Positions 36,979 through 47,470 of a stretch of DNA of 64,000 nucleotides are shown piece by piece. The first letter of the stretch is position 1; each line of letters starts with the position of its first letter. The DNA is from an uncultured Desulfatitalea sp. (GTDB lineage: Bacteria; Desulfobacterota; Desulfobacteria; Desulfobacterales; Desulfosarcinaceae). The notes beneath the pieces are model-generated. The model made no database searches. It saw only the letters and a list, made by a program, of their open reading frames with translations, and was not told the origin of the DNA. Both the position numbers and the translations under genes were made by a program. The stretch covers positions 1,120,001-1,184,000 of the forward strand of contig CAXXMB010000002.1 in assembly GCA_963668675.2 (NCBI GenBank), written 5' to 3'.

Positions 36979-38649
36979 ATGGCCAACCCACCACGCATTT
37001 TAATTGTGGGCGGTGTCGCCGGAGGCGCTTCATGTGCCGCCCGCGCCCGCCGCCTCTCCGAGGCCGCCGATATCGTTATGTTCGATCGGGGCCCCTATGT
37101 CTCTTTCGCCAACTGCGGCCTTCCCTACTATGTGGGCAATGTTATCCGCAAAGAAGAGGATCTTATGGTGGCCACACCGCAGCTTTTTCGGCAGCGGTTC
37201 AACATCGACGTGCGCCTGAGATCCAATGTGGTCTCTATCGATCGCGTCAATCGGCGCATCGAAGTGACCGACCTGGAGCGTGGCACCACCTATGGCGAAA
37301 ACTATGACTATCTGGTGCTTTCCCCGGGCGCGCGCCCCATCCGCCCTAACCTTCCGGGCATCGACCTGCCGGGTATCTTCTCCCTGCGCACCATCCCCGA
37401 CAGCCGTCAGATCGTCCAGTGGATCGATCAATTCAAAGCCACCCAGGCCGTTGTCGTCGGCGGCGGCTACATCGGCATGGAGATGACCGAAAACCTGCAC
37501 GCCCGCGGCCTCAAGGTCACCGTGGTTGAGCGGCTATCCCAGGTGATGCCCCTGCTCGACCAGGAGATGGTCGCCCCGATCCACGACACGCTGGTCAAAC
37601 ACGGCATCTCCCTCTATCTCAACGATGGTGTGGCCCAGTTTGAAAAAGGCAACGGGCACCGCATCAAGCTGACGCTGCAAAGCGGAAACCAGATCGATAC
37701 CGACCTGGTGATCCTTTGCATCGGCGTTCGCCCGCACACCACGCTAGCCGAGACGGCCGGGCTGGAAATCGGAAACGGCGGCGGCATCCGGGTTGACAAA
37801 CAGATGCGCACCAGCGATCCCCACATCTGGGCGGTCGGCGACGCGGTTGAGGTCAATGATGTGATCACAGGCCAGACCGGCGTGGTACCGCTGGCGGGCC
37901 CGGCCAATCGCCAGGGGCGCATCGCCGCTGATGCCATCATGGGCCGCGACAGCACCTTCCGGGGTGTTCAGGGCACATCGGTGGTCGGCATTCTCGACCA
38001 TGTGGTGGCCTTTACCGGGGCAAGCGAAAAGGCCCTCAAGCAACTCGATATGTGGGACCAGATGGAGAAGATCTACCTCCATCCCGGGCACCATGCCGGC
38101 TACTATCCGGGTGCCGAACCCATCAGCCTTAAATTCATCTTCAGAAAAGACGACGGCCGCATTGTGGGCGCCCAGGCGGTGGGGCAGAAGGGCGTTGAAA
38201 AACGAATCGATGTGATCGCAATGGGCATTCAAAAAGGAGCCACGGTGTTCGACCTGGAAGAGGCTGAACTGTGTTACGCCCCCCAATTCGGATCTGCCAA
38301 GGACCCGGTGAACATGGCCGGCATGATTGCCGCCAATGTCCTCAGGGGCGATGCCCACCTCTCCCACTGGGAAATGGTAGAAGAGAGCGACGCGATGATG
38401 ATCGATGTGCGCGATCCCGACGAATATAAACAGGATCACCTCGATGAGGCGGTCAACATCCCGCTGGATGAACTGCGCCAGCGCATGTCCGAGATTCCCA
38501 AGGATCGTGAAATCTGGGCCTACTGCTTTGTGGGCCAACGCTCCTACTTTGCGGCCCGGGCACTGTCGCAATACGGCTACAATGTCAAGAATATCAGCGG
38601 GGGGTTTAAAACCTTCACCATGCACGAAACAGTGAAATTTCTCTCCTGA
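36979..38649 (+). CDS. CoA-disulfide reductase-rhodanese fusion (CoADR-RHD / NADH-dependent persulfide reductase-like)
   Basis: GGVAGGASCAARARR, SFANCGLPY, GGGYIGME, YAPQF; rhodanese IDVR...YCFVGQRS. Confidence 0.88.
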   Translation: MANPPRILIVGGVAGGASCAARARRLSEAADIVMFDRGPYVSFANCGLPYYVGNVIRKEEDLMVATPQLFRQRFNIDVRLRSNVVSIDRVNRRIEVTDLERGTTYGENYDYLVLSPGARPIRPNLPGIDLPGIFSLRTIPDSRQIVQWIDQFKATQAVVVGGGYIGMEMTENLHARGLKVTVVERLSQVMPLLDQEMVAPIHDTLVKHGISLYLNDGVAQFEKGNGHRIKLTLQSGNQIDTDLVILCIGVRPHTTLAETAGLEIGNGGGIRVDKQMRTSDPHIWAVGDAVEVNDVITGQTGVVPLAGPANRQGRIAADAIMGRDSTFRGVQGTSVVGILDHVVAFTGASEKALKQLDMWDQMEKIYLHPGHHAGYYPGAEPISLKFIFRKDDGRIVGAQAVGQKGVEKRIDVIAMGIQKGATVFDLEEAELCYAPQFGSAKDPVNMAGMIAANVLRGDAHLSHWEMVEESDAMMIDVRDPDEYKQDHLDEAVNIPLDELRQRMSEIPKDREIWAYCFVGQRSYFAARALSQYGYNVKNISGGFKTFTMHETVKFLS

Positions 38650-38732
38650 AACGGCTTGAGTGGAAGTATAAAAGTGATACAGACCACCAATTGCGTATAC
38701 AGCGCATCAACCTCATCAGCAAAGGAGACGCC

Positions 38733-39800
38733 ATGGCCAAGGTGATGATCCATCCGGCATCGTATGACAATCTCCAGGCCGCTGTCGAACGGGCCTTCAC
38801 CCTCTTCCCGTTGGAACTCAGCGGGAAAAAGGTGTTGCTCAAACCCAATGTCCTCAGGGGTTCAGCGGCCGACGAAGGAGTGGTGACCCACCCGGCCGTG
38901 CTGCGGGCAGTGGTGGAGAAGGTGGAATCCATGGCACCTGCGGCCATCGTCGTCGGCGACAACCCGGGCCTGTTCGGCTATGGCGACAACGAGGCGTGCT
39001 TTAAGCAAACCGGCCTGATGGAGGCAGCCAAGGGCCACTACCAAAACATCGGCAACGACTCCCAAAGGGTGGCCTTCAACCCGGACTTCATGCCCAATGT
39101 GAGCATCTCCCAGGCGGTTCTGGAAGCCGACATCGTCATCAGCCTGCCCAAATTCAAAACCCACGGGTTGACCCTGATCACCGGCGCCATCAAGAACAGC
39201 TACGGCTTGTTGCCAGGGGCCCAGAAGGCCAAGCTGCACGAGGCGGCTGGCAATCCCCAACGCTTTCAAGAAGTGGTGGTCGAGGTCTTCCGGCTGCGCG
39301 TGCCTGACCTCTTCATCATGGATGCAGTGGTCGGCATGGAGGGCAATGGCCCGGCATCACCGGATCTGAGAGATATCGGCGTTATCCTGGCAGCCGACAA
39401 CGCGGTAGCCATGGATGCCGTGATGGCCCACATGATGGGGTGCGATCCTGAAGCGCTTCCCTTCCTTCAAAAGGCCAAAGCGTTGGGGTTGGGCGATCAT
39501 GACCTCGGCCGGATCGAGGTGGATGGTGAATTGAAGCAGGTGCCCGATTTCAAGTTGCCTCCATTGATCGCCGCCGAGCGCCCCACCAACGAGGCCATCC
39601 GGGCTATGCTCAACAGCAAGGCGATCCTGCGCCCCAAGGCAGATCCGGAGCTGTGCACGGGTTGCGGCACCTGTGTCGATCAATGTCCGGTCGAAGCCCT
39701 CGCCATGAACGACGATATGCCCGAAGTCGATCCGGAAGTGTGCATCGCCTGTTTCTGCTGTCAGGAGATCTGCCCGGAGAAGGCGATCGCGCTTCAGTAA
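38733..39800 (+). CDS. DUF362 protein with C-terminal 4Fe-4S dicluster
   Basis: KVLLKPN, THP, ISLPKFKTH, GAIKN, GMEGNGP; CTGCGTCVDQCP, CIACFCCQEICP. Confidence 0.88.
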   Translation: MAKVMIHPASYDNLQAAVERAFTLFPLELSGKKVLLKPNVLRGSAADEGVVTHPAVLRAVVEKVESMAPAAIVVGDNPGLFGYGDNEACFKQTGLMEAAKGHYQNIGNDSQRVAFNPDFMPNVSISQAVLEADIVISLPKFKTHGLTLITGAIKNSYGLLPGAQKAKLHEAAGNPQRFQEVVVEVFRLRVPDLFIMDAVVGMEGNGPASPDLRDIGVILAADNAVAMDAVMAHMMGCDPEALPFLQKAKALGLGDHDLGRIEVDGELKQVPDFKLPPLIAAERPTNEAIRAMLNSKAILRPKADPELCTGCGTCVDQCPVEALAMNDDMPEVDPEVCIACFCCQEICPEKAIALQ

Positions 39801-39835
39801 ATCTTAGGATTCAGAGAACAACTAGAGCGGTTGAC

Positions 39836-41410
39836 TCACCGTGCGGTTCTGAGCAGCCGGGCGGTCACCTTGCCCCATACGGCACGGGCCTCATCGAGCT
39901 TGAAGATCCAGGTGGCCGCGCTCATCAGAAGTAAAAACAACACGCTCTGGATCAGAATCACGCTAATGCTTCCGGCCATTGAGGCGGTGTCCAGCCACTG
40001 CCCCAGAAGACGCTGGGCCAACAGGAGGCCGCCCGCCACCGGCAGGGAGATGATCAAGCACTTGGCATAGAAGCCGTAGACAGCGCGGCTGCCTGCATTA
40101 CTGCTCTTTCGGTTCCAGATGGCGAACAGCACCACCACCTGAATCAAAACCGAGCAGGAGATGGCCATTCCGATCCCTAAAACACCCCAGTAGGTGAGAC
40201 CGACCCAGTATAACGGCAGACTGAACAGAACGGCCGCAGTGCCGTAAACGGCCGGCAACAGCGTGTTTTGCATCGCATAGAACCCCCGGTTGACCACTGT
40301 CTGGGCCGCAAACCCCACGGCCCCCACCAGCATGCCGCTGAGCGCCAATGCAGTGGCGCGTGTATCCGCCGAAGTAAACGGCCCTCGTTCGAAAAGCACC
40401 CGAACGACCTCATGGCGTACGACAAAAACGAGAAAGGATACGGGAATGACAAGGGCCAGATAGCGCAGGGCGGTGTTAAACAGGCGGTTCATCTCTGCCA
40501 ACGCTCCCTCGGCGGCCATCTTCGCCAGAAAAGGAAATGCCGCAACGCCCACCGCCTGTCCAAAAAATCCTACCATGGCCTGAATCAATCTCCAGGCAAA
40601 ATCGATCTGGGTTATCGCCCCTGCGTCGAGAAAACTGCCAAACAGTTTGGAGAAGATCTCCGTGGAAAAATTCATGGTCAGCCCCAGCATCAAGGGCAGG
40701 GTCAATGCGATGTAACGCAACAGATCCGGATGGCGCCAATTGAAACTGAAGCGAAATCGAAATCCCGCCCTGCGCGCACCGGCCCATTGGATCAAAAAGC
40801 TTCCCACACCGGCTCCGAGAAGGGCGCCCCAGGCAAACCCTTCGACCCCCATACGGGAGGCAAGGGCGACGCCACACAAAATGATCCCCAGGTTGTAAAA
40901 GAGGCCCGACATGGCCGGCAGCAAAAAGCGCTCTTTGGCGAACTGCACCGCCATGAACATGCCGCCTGCAAAGAAAAAGAGCTGTGCCGGCAAAATGATG
41001 CGCGTCATGCGCACCGCCATCTTCATAAAGAGGGGGTCGGTTCGCCCCGGTGCCAGCCAGGTCATCAGTTGGGGCGCCGCCACCATGGATATGGCGATGA
41101 GTATGGCCAGGAGCACGCCGAGGACCGAAAGAAGCACCGAACATATCTGCCATCCGCCCTCCTCGTCGTCAGCCGCCATATATCGTGCGAAAATGGGGAT
41201 GAACGTGACCGAAAAGAATCCGCTGGCCAAGATATGGTTGAGGATCTCGGGCAGGATAAAGGCGACCTTGTAAGCGTCCGTGGCGGCATTGGCCCCGATC
41301 AGCCCAGAGAGGATCGACTCGCGCAACATGCCCAGAAGGCGGCTCAAAAAAATAGAAGCCATCATGATGAGCGCCGCCACACCTACTTTTCGATGAACAC
41401 TGTGCCCCAT
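39836..41410 (-). CDS. murJ: Lipid II flippase MurJ (MviN)
   Basis: SRLLGMLRE, DAYKVAFILPE, FSVTFIP, LFERGPF, RGFYAMQNT. Confidence 0.9.
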   Translation of the reverse strand: MGHSVHRKVGVAALIMMASIFLSRLLGMLRESILSGLIGANAATDAYKVAFILPEILNHILASGFFSVTFIPIFARYMAADDEEGGWQICSVLLSVLGVLLAILIAISMVAAPQLMTWLAPGRTDPLFMKMAVRMTRIILPAQLFFFAGGMFMAVQFAKERFLLPAMSGLFYNLGIILCGVALASRMGVEGFAWGALLGAGVGSFLIQWAGARRAGFRFRFSFNWRHPDLLRYIALTLPLMLGLTMNFSTEIFSKLFGSFLDAGAITQIDFAWRLIQAMVGFFGQAVGVAAFPFLAKMAAEGALAEMNRLFNTALRYLALVIPVSFLVFVVRHEVVRVLFERGPFTSADTRATALALSGMLVGAVGFAAQTVVNRGFYAMQNTLLPAVYGTAAVLFSLPLYWVGLTYWGVLGIGMAISCSVLIQVVVLFAIWNRKSSNAGSRAVYGFYAKCLIISLPVAGGLLLAQRLLGQWLDTASMAGSISVILIQSVLFLLLMSAATWIFKLDEARAVWGKVTARLLRTAR

Positions 41411-41821
41411 GAAGATTCCCAGCAAATGGATTTGATGCGCATATTGCCCGAACAGGCCGGTCGAGGCAAGATTTTTCAATCGGCCACCTCAAGCCATCGG
41501 CCGAACGCCAAACATCAGGTTGACAGGCAAAACCAAAAGTGATCTACTTTATGAATCTATTTGCGGTGCACGATTCTATCACATTCGAATGACAACCATC
41601 GGATATCTTAATATCAGAAGAGACAACCTGAGCACTTATGGCATTGGTCCCCGCCACAAGAATCAATGATCCAACACCGCCGATAGGATTTTCCAAGTTC
41701 AAATTGTCAGTTCTCAATGCGATGCTGACGGCACCGGTCACGTCTAATGCAAGGGATAACTGACGCCACAGCATGGCATGGTTCTATCAAAACATCCAAC
41801 CACAACCAAAAGGAGGCGCCC

Positions 41822-42034
41822 ATGTCCGAAAGCGTTTACAAAGTCATTGAACTGGTAGGCACCAGCCCGAAATCCTGGGAGGAAGCCGCACGCCTGGCAA
41901 TCGAAACCGCCGGCAGAAGCGTGAGAGACCTTCGCATTGCCGAAGTGAGCAAGCTGGATATGAAGGTGGAGGACGGCCGGGTGACCGCCTACCGTGCGAG
42001 GGTCAAACTCTCCTTCAAGTACACCAACGAATAG
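41822..42034 (+). CDS. Dodecin
   Basis: SVYKVIELVGTSPKSWEEAA...YRARVKLSFKY; AGGAGG RBS. Confidence 0.93.
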   Translation: MSESVYKVIELVGTSPKSWEEAARLAIETAGRSVRDLRIAEVSKLDMKVEDGRVTAYRARVKLSFKYTNE

Positions 42035-42077
42035 GATCCAAGGGGCCGCGCAGGCCCGAAGGTACACCTATCCTGAA

Positions 42078-42107
42078 AAAGGGCAGCCTGGAAACGGGCT
42101 GCCCTTT
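42078..42107 (+). terminator. Rho-independent terminator
   Basis: AAAGGGCAGCCTG-GAAA-CGGGCTGCCCTTT. Confidence 0.75.
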
Positions 42108-42312
42108 ACTCTCCAATCCAAGTGCAAGCCACCGCCGCAAATCAAACCCTGCCATACTTGACAATGCCGAGCGGGCCGTGAAATAGTGCCGTCTGTCTTC
42201 TCGTTCTTTCGATCTACAGGTCCACCCGGCACGGCACCGAGATGCTTCAGGAAAAGCCCCTTAGAGACCGTCGGCGTGAACCCTTAATCCCACACACCAC
42301 TGGAGGTTTGGC

Positions 42313-43080
42313 ATGGAGTACAGCAACATCATTGTATCGACCCAAGACTATGTGACCACCATTACCTTGAATCGCCCACCGACAAACTCGGTGAATCTGG
42401 GGGTCCGCGAGGAGCTGGATCACGCCATCACATCCCTTGAAACGAGCAAGGAGACCCGCGCCATCATCATCACCGGCGCCGGCGAAAAGGGCTTCTGCGC
42501 CGGAATGGATGTCTCCGATCTCGCCAATATCGCCAAAGGCCCCAACGGCAACGATGTCTTCAATCGTATCGAAAAGATGCCCAAGCCGGTCATCGCCGCC
42601 ATCAACGGGTACGCCCTGGGCGGCGGTTGCGAGCTGGCCCTGGTATGCCATTTCCGAATCATTGGCGACGCGCCAAGAGCGATCATGGGGCTGCCCGAGG
42701 TCAACCTGGGCATCACGCCCGGCTGGGGAGGCATCCAGCGCCTGCCCAAAGTGATCGGCAAATCCAAAGCACTGGATATGATTCTGTTCAGCAAACGCCT
42801 CTCTCCCCAAGAGGCGCTGGAAGCGGGCCTGGTCGACCGTGTCGTGCCCGCTGCCGATCTGATGAAAGAGGCCACAGCATTGGCCGTCGCGTTGAGCAAA
42901 CGCCCGCCCCTGGCCGTTCAAGCCGTGCTTGAAGGTATGGCAGCGGGACTCGAAAAGGGGCTGGAAGAGGGATTGCGTGTGGACCGTGAGTGGTCCTCCA
43001 AGCTGGGTAAAAGCAAGGATGCCATGGAAGGCATGACCGCCTTTTTTGAAAAACGAGAGCCGGTCTTCAAGGGCGAGTGA
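42313..43080 (+). CDS. Enoyl-CoA hydratase/isomerase (crotonase)
   Basis: FCAGMD, KPVIAAINGYALGGGCEL, GLPEVNLG, both catalytic Glu present. Confidence 0.92.
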   Translation: MEYSNIIVSTQDYVTTITLNRPPTNSVNLGVREELDHAITSLETSKETRAIIITGAGEKGFCAGMDVSDLANIAKGPNGNDVFNRIEKMPKPVIAAINGYALGGGCELALVCHFRIIGDAPRAIMGLPEVNLGITPGWGGIQRLPKVIGKSKALDMILFSKRLSPQEALEAGLVDRVVPAADLMKEATALAVALSKRPPLAVQAVLEGMAAGLEKGLEEGLRVDREWSSKLGKSKDAMEGMTAFFEKREPVFKGE

Positions 43081-43178
43081 CACCTTGGGTATGGCCCATC
43101 GCAAGCACTCATATAAAATACATTTGATCTGATAATGACGGCGATTTGGGCAATATGGCTCAAATCGCCGTCGCCGCT

Positions 43179-44054
43179 TTAGTGGGTGTCCATCCGCCGG
43201 ACGGCCAGGTAAATATTGGCGACAAAAATGGTGACGGCACCGACCCAGCCGGTGAGTGTCAACGATGGATCGGCGGCCAGGTAGGGCCCCAGCAGTGCGG
43301 CCATGAGGATCCTGGCGGAAGAGACGATGCTCCCCTCTACCGCCGTCACATACCGGAACCCCAGTGTCAGCATGTACTGACCGACCACGCCGAACCCAGC
43401 GCACATCAACAGGTAAAAGAGGGCCTGCGGATCGGGCATGAAGATGTGCTTGCGGTACAACAGATAGATGAGAGCGCTTCCCAACCCGAACATGAAGAAG
43501 AGGATGGTATCGGTATCGTGATACTGCCGGCTCACATTGAGATAGATGATGGCAGCCGCAGCCGTGGTTCCGGACGCCAGGCCCCATAGGTTTCCCGGCT
43601 TAAAAGAGGAGAAGTCGGGCGCCAATACGAGCCACACCCCGACAAATGCCACCACCACGGTGAGGGATGCGCCCAGATCACGCTGCTTTTTCATAACGGT
43701 CCAGGAGAAGAGGGCCACGAAGAGGGGAAAGGTCATGTTCAGGATGTTGGCCTCAGCCACCGTGGTGAGCGCTACGGCTTTGTAAAAACAGTAGACGGCG
43801 ACACAGTTGGTCAGCGCCCTGCCGATGAGCAGATGATAACTGCGTACCCTGGGCCTGGTGCGGCGCACTGCCAGAATGGCACAAATAACCACAAAGCCGA
43901 CGATGAACCTTGCAAAGGTAAAGTAGGCCGGATCGATGGCCACCACCCCTTCGGCCCAGCGAATCGTGACGGTGGAGAGATAGATGAAGAGCGCCGAAAC
44001 AAAAATGGTCAAATTGCCGATCAAATGCGCCTTCGGGGTCAGTTTGGGAGGCAT
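43179..44054 (-). CDS. DMT/EamA-family transporter
   Basis: ~10 TM; two EamA-like repeats (FARF, ANILNMTFPLFV, GQYMLTLGFRY). Confidence 0.85.
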   Translation of the reverse strand: MPPKLTPKAHLIGNLTIFVSALFIYLSTVTIRWAEGVVAIDPAYFTFARFIVGFVVICAILAVRRTRPRVRSYHLLIGRALTNCVAVYCFYKAVALTTVAEANILNMTFPLFVALFSWTVMKKQRDLGASLTVVVAFVGVWLVLAPDFSSFKPGNLWGLASGTTAAAAIIYLNVSRQYHDTDTILFFMFGLGSALIYLLYRKHIFMPDPQALFYLLMCAGFGVVGQYMLTLGFRYVTAVEGSIVSSARILMAALLGPYLAADPSLTLTGWVGAVTIFVANIYLAVRRMDTH

Positions 44055-44417
44055 GCTTGCACTCACTCTCTTAGCAGAACCATGGCCAACAGTTAACACC
44101 CCCTTTTAACAGACCCTGCCGATGAAAAAAACAGGGATTCCATTCGATCGGTGAAGCAGTGCCATTGCGATAACGATGTGTTGAAAAATGCCCTTGAGGG
44201 ACGCGACGATATCATCGACATGCGGCAGGACGGCAAAGGCGCTGCGGAGAAAGAGGCAGCCCTTGATTGGGTGGGGGGGTTGGATATCCGGTTGATAGAA
44301 AAGGTGCTTCACCAGCTGCAACTATCCGGGCTCGATGCCCGACTGAGCATCAAACCCGGTATGCGGTGTGTCGACCAAAGCAATCGGCGCAATCGGGGTA
44401 TGAGCGACAAAGCCGTA

Positions 44418-45530
44418 TCAAGAGGTAAAAGGCTTCTCGATCACGAAACGCTCGTCGAGTTCCTTGAGAATGCTGACGATTCCACCGTAGGATAGCGATT
44501 CGAATGGTTGCATCGCATTTCCGAAAAAGCCCTGACGCCGGATTTCCAACGCTTTGTCAGATACGCAGGAACGGACGTGATCCCAAAAGGGGTGGTCAAA
44601 AGGATCGATGGCCGGCGTCAAACGGCCGTTACGGATGCAATAGGCCGCACACGACACACTCGGCGGCCCGTCAAAAAAAGAGACGCCGCTGTTGAGCCGC
44701 ACCGGCATGAGCGGCCCATGATGACTGCCGCGCTGATAGCCGCTCACATAGGCGCCAAGTGCAAATGGCGCCAGTATCTCTCCTGCCGCAGGGAAAGCGT
44801 CCTGGACGCGTACAATGGCCACCGGGTCATCTTTGCCAAGCATGATTCCGGCGACATAGTGCAGTCGGGTCGTGCTGACGGCCACACTCTGCTCCTGGCT
44901 CGTACGCGAATGGATCGACCGTATGGCAAAACGCTCTTCGTCCCTTAGCAAAGCCGCCAAATTGTAAAGATCCTCGGGTGCCTCCAAAACGATCATGCGG
45001 TCGTACTCTCTGTAGACCACATCCATGATCTCAAAGTGGAAGCCTTTGCGCATTCGGGGGGAGAGAATCAGGCCGGAACAGTGCATCGGATCGGCAAAGG
45101 CAAGGTAGAAAGGCAAATTGAGCGCACCGGGTAGGCCCTTATCAACAGAGAAGACAAGAAAGGCTTCATTGTCCCGCTCGTTGAAAGTGAGTTGCGCCAA
45201 AGACGGACCGAATCCCTTGGATGCACCGGAGATTCCCTTTTCAAAAATATCCTGACCCGCGCCGTAGAGCCCCTGTTCAAGCGCCACATGGGAACCGTGC
45301 GAAAATGCACCCCAGATCATATCCTGCACATCGGTCCGGGCAGCATCCCACTGGTGCGTGCAGAGCACCGTGATATCGTCTCCTGTGTAGTGAATGTCGA
45401 AGTCAAGAATCATCTGATCCCTGTTCTCTTCGAGCACATCACGTACCGCATCGATGACTTGCTCGCTGGGCTGCAAGTGGCCGCCGATGCTACCGATATC
45501 CGCCCGCATGGCGACGATGGTCGTTTCCAT
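44418..45530 (-). CDS. Class V FBP aldolase/phosphatase homologue (divergent active site)
   Basis: ADIGSIGGH, GDDI, GLYGAGQD, FADP, GKDDP, RGSHHGPLMPV, FDGPP. Confidence 0.88.
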   Translation of the reverse strand: METTIVAMRADIGSIGGHLQPSEQVIDAVRDVLEENRDQMILDFDIHYTGDDITVLCTHQWDAARTDVQDMIWGAFSHGSHVALEQGLYGAGQDIFEKGISGASKGFGPSLAQLTFNERDNEAFLVFSVDKGLPGALNLPFYLAFADPMHCSGLILSPRMRKGFHFEIMDVVYREYDRMIVLEAPEDLYNLAALLRDEERFAIRSIHSRTSQEQSVAVSTTRLHYVAGIMLGKDDPVAIVRVQDAFPAAGEILAPFALGAYVSGYQRGSHHGPLMPVRLNSGVSFFDGPPSVSCAAYCIRNGRLTPAIDPFDHPFWDHVRSCVSDKALEIRRQGFFGNAMQPFESLSYGGIVSILKELDERFVIEKPFTS

Positions 45531-45601
45531 TGCGCACCCTCCTTTCCGCCTCCCGTTCGCAGCTCAACAATGCTGCCTTTCCCGTCGAGCTATCGGCAGG
45601 A

Positions 45602-46771
45602 TCAATAAAGAAACATGGGCATGCCATCCGCCTTTCGGATGACAGGGCGATAGGCCTCGGCATCGTAAAGCCGTTCCACATCCACCCGCTTGGCGCCGCC
45701 TTTCAGCTCATCCAGATGCAGGGCGGCATAACGTCCCTGGACCAACGCCACCATTCGTCCGCTCTTACCCTTGCGAATCAATTCTATGGTGAGATTGGCA
45801 TAATTCATGGCCACCATCAGATCCAACGAGTCGGGAGATCCGCTGCGCATCAGATAGAAAAGGGGTTGAAAGATAATGCCGATACCCGTCAGTTTCTTAA
45901 CAGCCTCAGCCGTGAAGGCCCCGATTCCCCCAAGCTTGCGATGGCCGAAGGCATCGGCCTCGCCGCGCAAGACCATGTCGTCTCCCAGCATGCTGGCCCC
46001 CTCGCTGATCGTCACCATGGCGTAACCGCTGGGGTTTGAACGACGGTCATCGACCAGAAAACGGGCCAGGCGATCGATATTGAACGGCACTTCGGAGATG
46101 AGCACCCGGTCCACACCGGCCAGGTAGCCGGAGATCAGGGACGTTTCTCCGCAATACCTTCCGAAAAGCTCTATGACCGCTATGCGTTCGTGCGATCCGG
46201 ACGAGGTCCGCAGGGCATGGATAAAATTGACACTGCGGGTCACCGCTGTTGAAAAACCGATACAATAGTCTGTTCCGACCACATCGTTGTCCATGGTTTT
46301 GGGGATGGCGATGACCGGAAACCCCTCTTTATGCAACCGTGCGGCAAATGAGAGGGTGTCGTCCCCGCCAATCGGCACGAGCAGGTCGATGCCCAATTGG
46401 GACAAGTTCTTCAGAACATGTGAGGTAAAATCCTTTTTCTTGGACGGATCGGAATAGGTCTCTTTCAAAAAAGCAGGGGCATCTTTGTATCCCACCGCAC
46501 TGGGGTTGGTCCGCGAGGTGTGCAAGATGGTACCGCCCGACCGATCAATGGTTCTCACGCCGGCCGCATCCAACGGTTGAATGTTCTCCTTTCCGGTTGC
46601 CGGATCGTCCGGGGAATATTCCAACAGCCCAGCCCAACCCCGGCGAATGCCGATGACGCGGATACCCAGTTCGGATGCCCTGACCACCAGTTGTTTGATA
46701 CAGGGATTAAGACCGGGAACATCGCCGCCACCGGTTAAAATGCCGATGGTTTTAGTGTTCGTACTCCCCAT
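45602..46771 (-). CDS. 6-phosphofructokinase, PPi-type signature
   Basis: [23 protein letters not shown] (not GGDG), PKTMDND, ELFGR. Confidence 0.88.
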   Translation of the reverse strand: MGSTNTKTIGILTGGGDVPGLNPCIKQLVVRASELGIRVIGIRRGWAGLLEYSPDDPATGKENIQPLDAAGVRTIDRSGGTILHTSRTNPSAVGYKDAPAFLKETYSDPSKKKDFTSHVLKNLSQLGIDLLVPIGGDDTLSFAARLHKEGFPVIAIPKTMDNDVVGTDYCIGFSTAVTRSVNFIHALRTSSGSHERIAVIELFGRYCGETSLISGYLAGVDRVLISEVPFNIDRLARFLVDDRRSNPSGYAMVTISEGASMLGDDMVLRGEADAFGHRKLGGIGAFTAEAVKKLTGIGIIFQPLFYLMRSGSPDSLDLMVAMNYANLTIELIRKGKSGRMVALVQGRYAALHLDELKGGAKRVDVERLYDAEAYRPVIRKADGMPMFLY

Positions 46772-47163
46772 GAGTTTAGTCCTCCCTCGGGCCATCCGGC
46801 CCTCTGCATAGGCGCTGGCCAGTGTCGCGACGCATAAGGCCGCGCCGAATCCATATATGGCTTATCACCCAAAGCGTCCGTAACTGAACGTTTAAGATCT
46901 TCCACCGCCTTTGAACTGACCAGATGGAAGGCGAGAACCGGCAGGTCGGCATCATCGGCTTTGAGCTGCCGGAGCAGGTCCCAGCCATGCTGGGTCTGCC
47001 CCCCCAGACCGATCAAAACCAAATCCGGCCGGTCCTCTCTCACCAAGTACCGGACCGGCTCCAAAGCCCGGGTCGTCCGGACCCGATAACCGACATCCAT
47101 CAGCATCTTTTTCACCTGGGCATTCAAATGACATCGTCCCTCTACGATCAGAATCCTTCTCAC
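46735..47163 (-). CDS. Atypical (pseudo-)receiver domain protein
   Basis: RILIVE...GYRV...PDLVLIG...GWDLLRQLK...LPV; phospho-Asp replaced by Gly; GTG start with GGAGG. Confidence 0.7.
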   Translation of the reverse strand: MRRILIVEGRCHLNAQVKKMLMDVGYRVRTTRALEPVRYLVREDRPDLVLIGLGGQTQHGWDLLRQLKADDADLPVLAFHLVSSKAVEDLKRSVTDALGDKPYMDSARPYASRHWPAPMQRAGWPEGGLNSWGVRTLKPSAF

Positions 47164-47240
47164 GTCACCCTCCTGTCAAGGCAGATGTGCCAACAAGACG
47201 ATTGTCCATGGTAAAAACGCACCCTGACCTATTACCAACC

Positions 47241-47255
47241 GCAACCTCTGTGCCA
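47241..47255 (-). promoter_or_regulatory. Sigma54 (-24/-12) promoter
   Basis: Minus strand reads TGGCAC-AGAGG-TTGC, an exact consensus, about 80 bp upstream of 47163. Confidence 0.75.
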
Positions 47256-47470
47256 GGGAGCGTCTGCATGTACGAAAGCAGCAGTTGACTGGAATCACAT
47301 TAGATATTGGATCATCATGCTGACAATGCAATAGGGCCGCAGCGTCCAGGCATGTAAATATTACTGACAGTTTGAAAATGGCCGGAATGCCCTTCGAGCG
47401 GCCAATGGATACAACCAGGCCCCGAGGTGCGACCGCCTACGGCTCTTGCAAAAGTTGCTGAAGTGGTGTC

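Noticed and set aside
41544..41774. 76-aa minus-strand ORF in an AT-richer spacer
   Set aside because: No RBS or recognisable motif; may be a gene remnant but unsupported
42078..42107. GAAA-tetraloop hairpin as a c-di-GMP riboswitch
   Set aside because: No second stem or receptor; lies directly after the dodecin stop and behaves as a terminator
44106..44495. Opposing short ORFs 44151-44495 (+) and 44106-44321 (-)
   Set aside because: Neither has a convincing RBS or motif, and the plus ORF overlaps the FBPase-like 3' end
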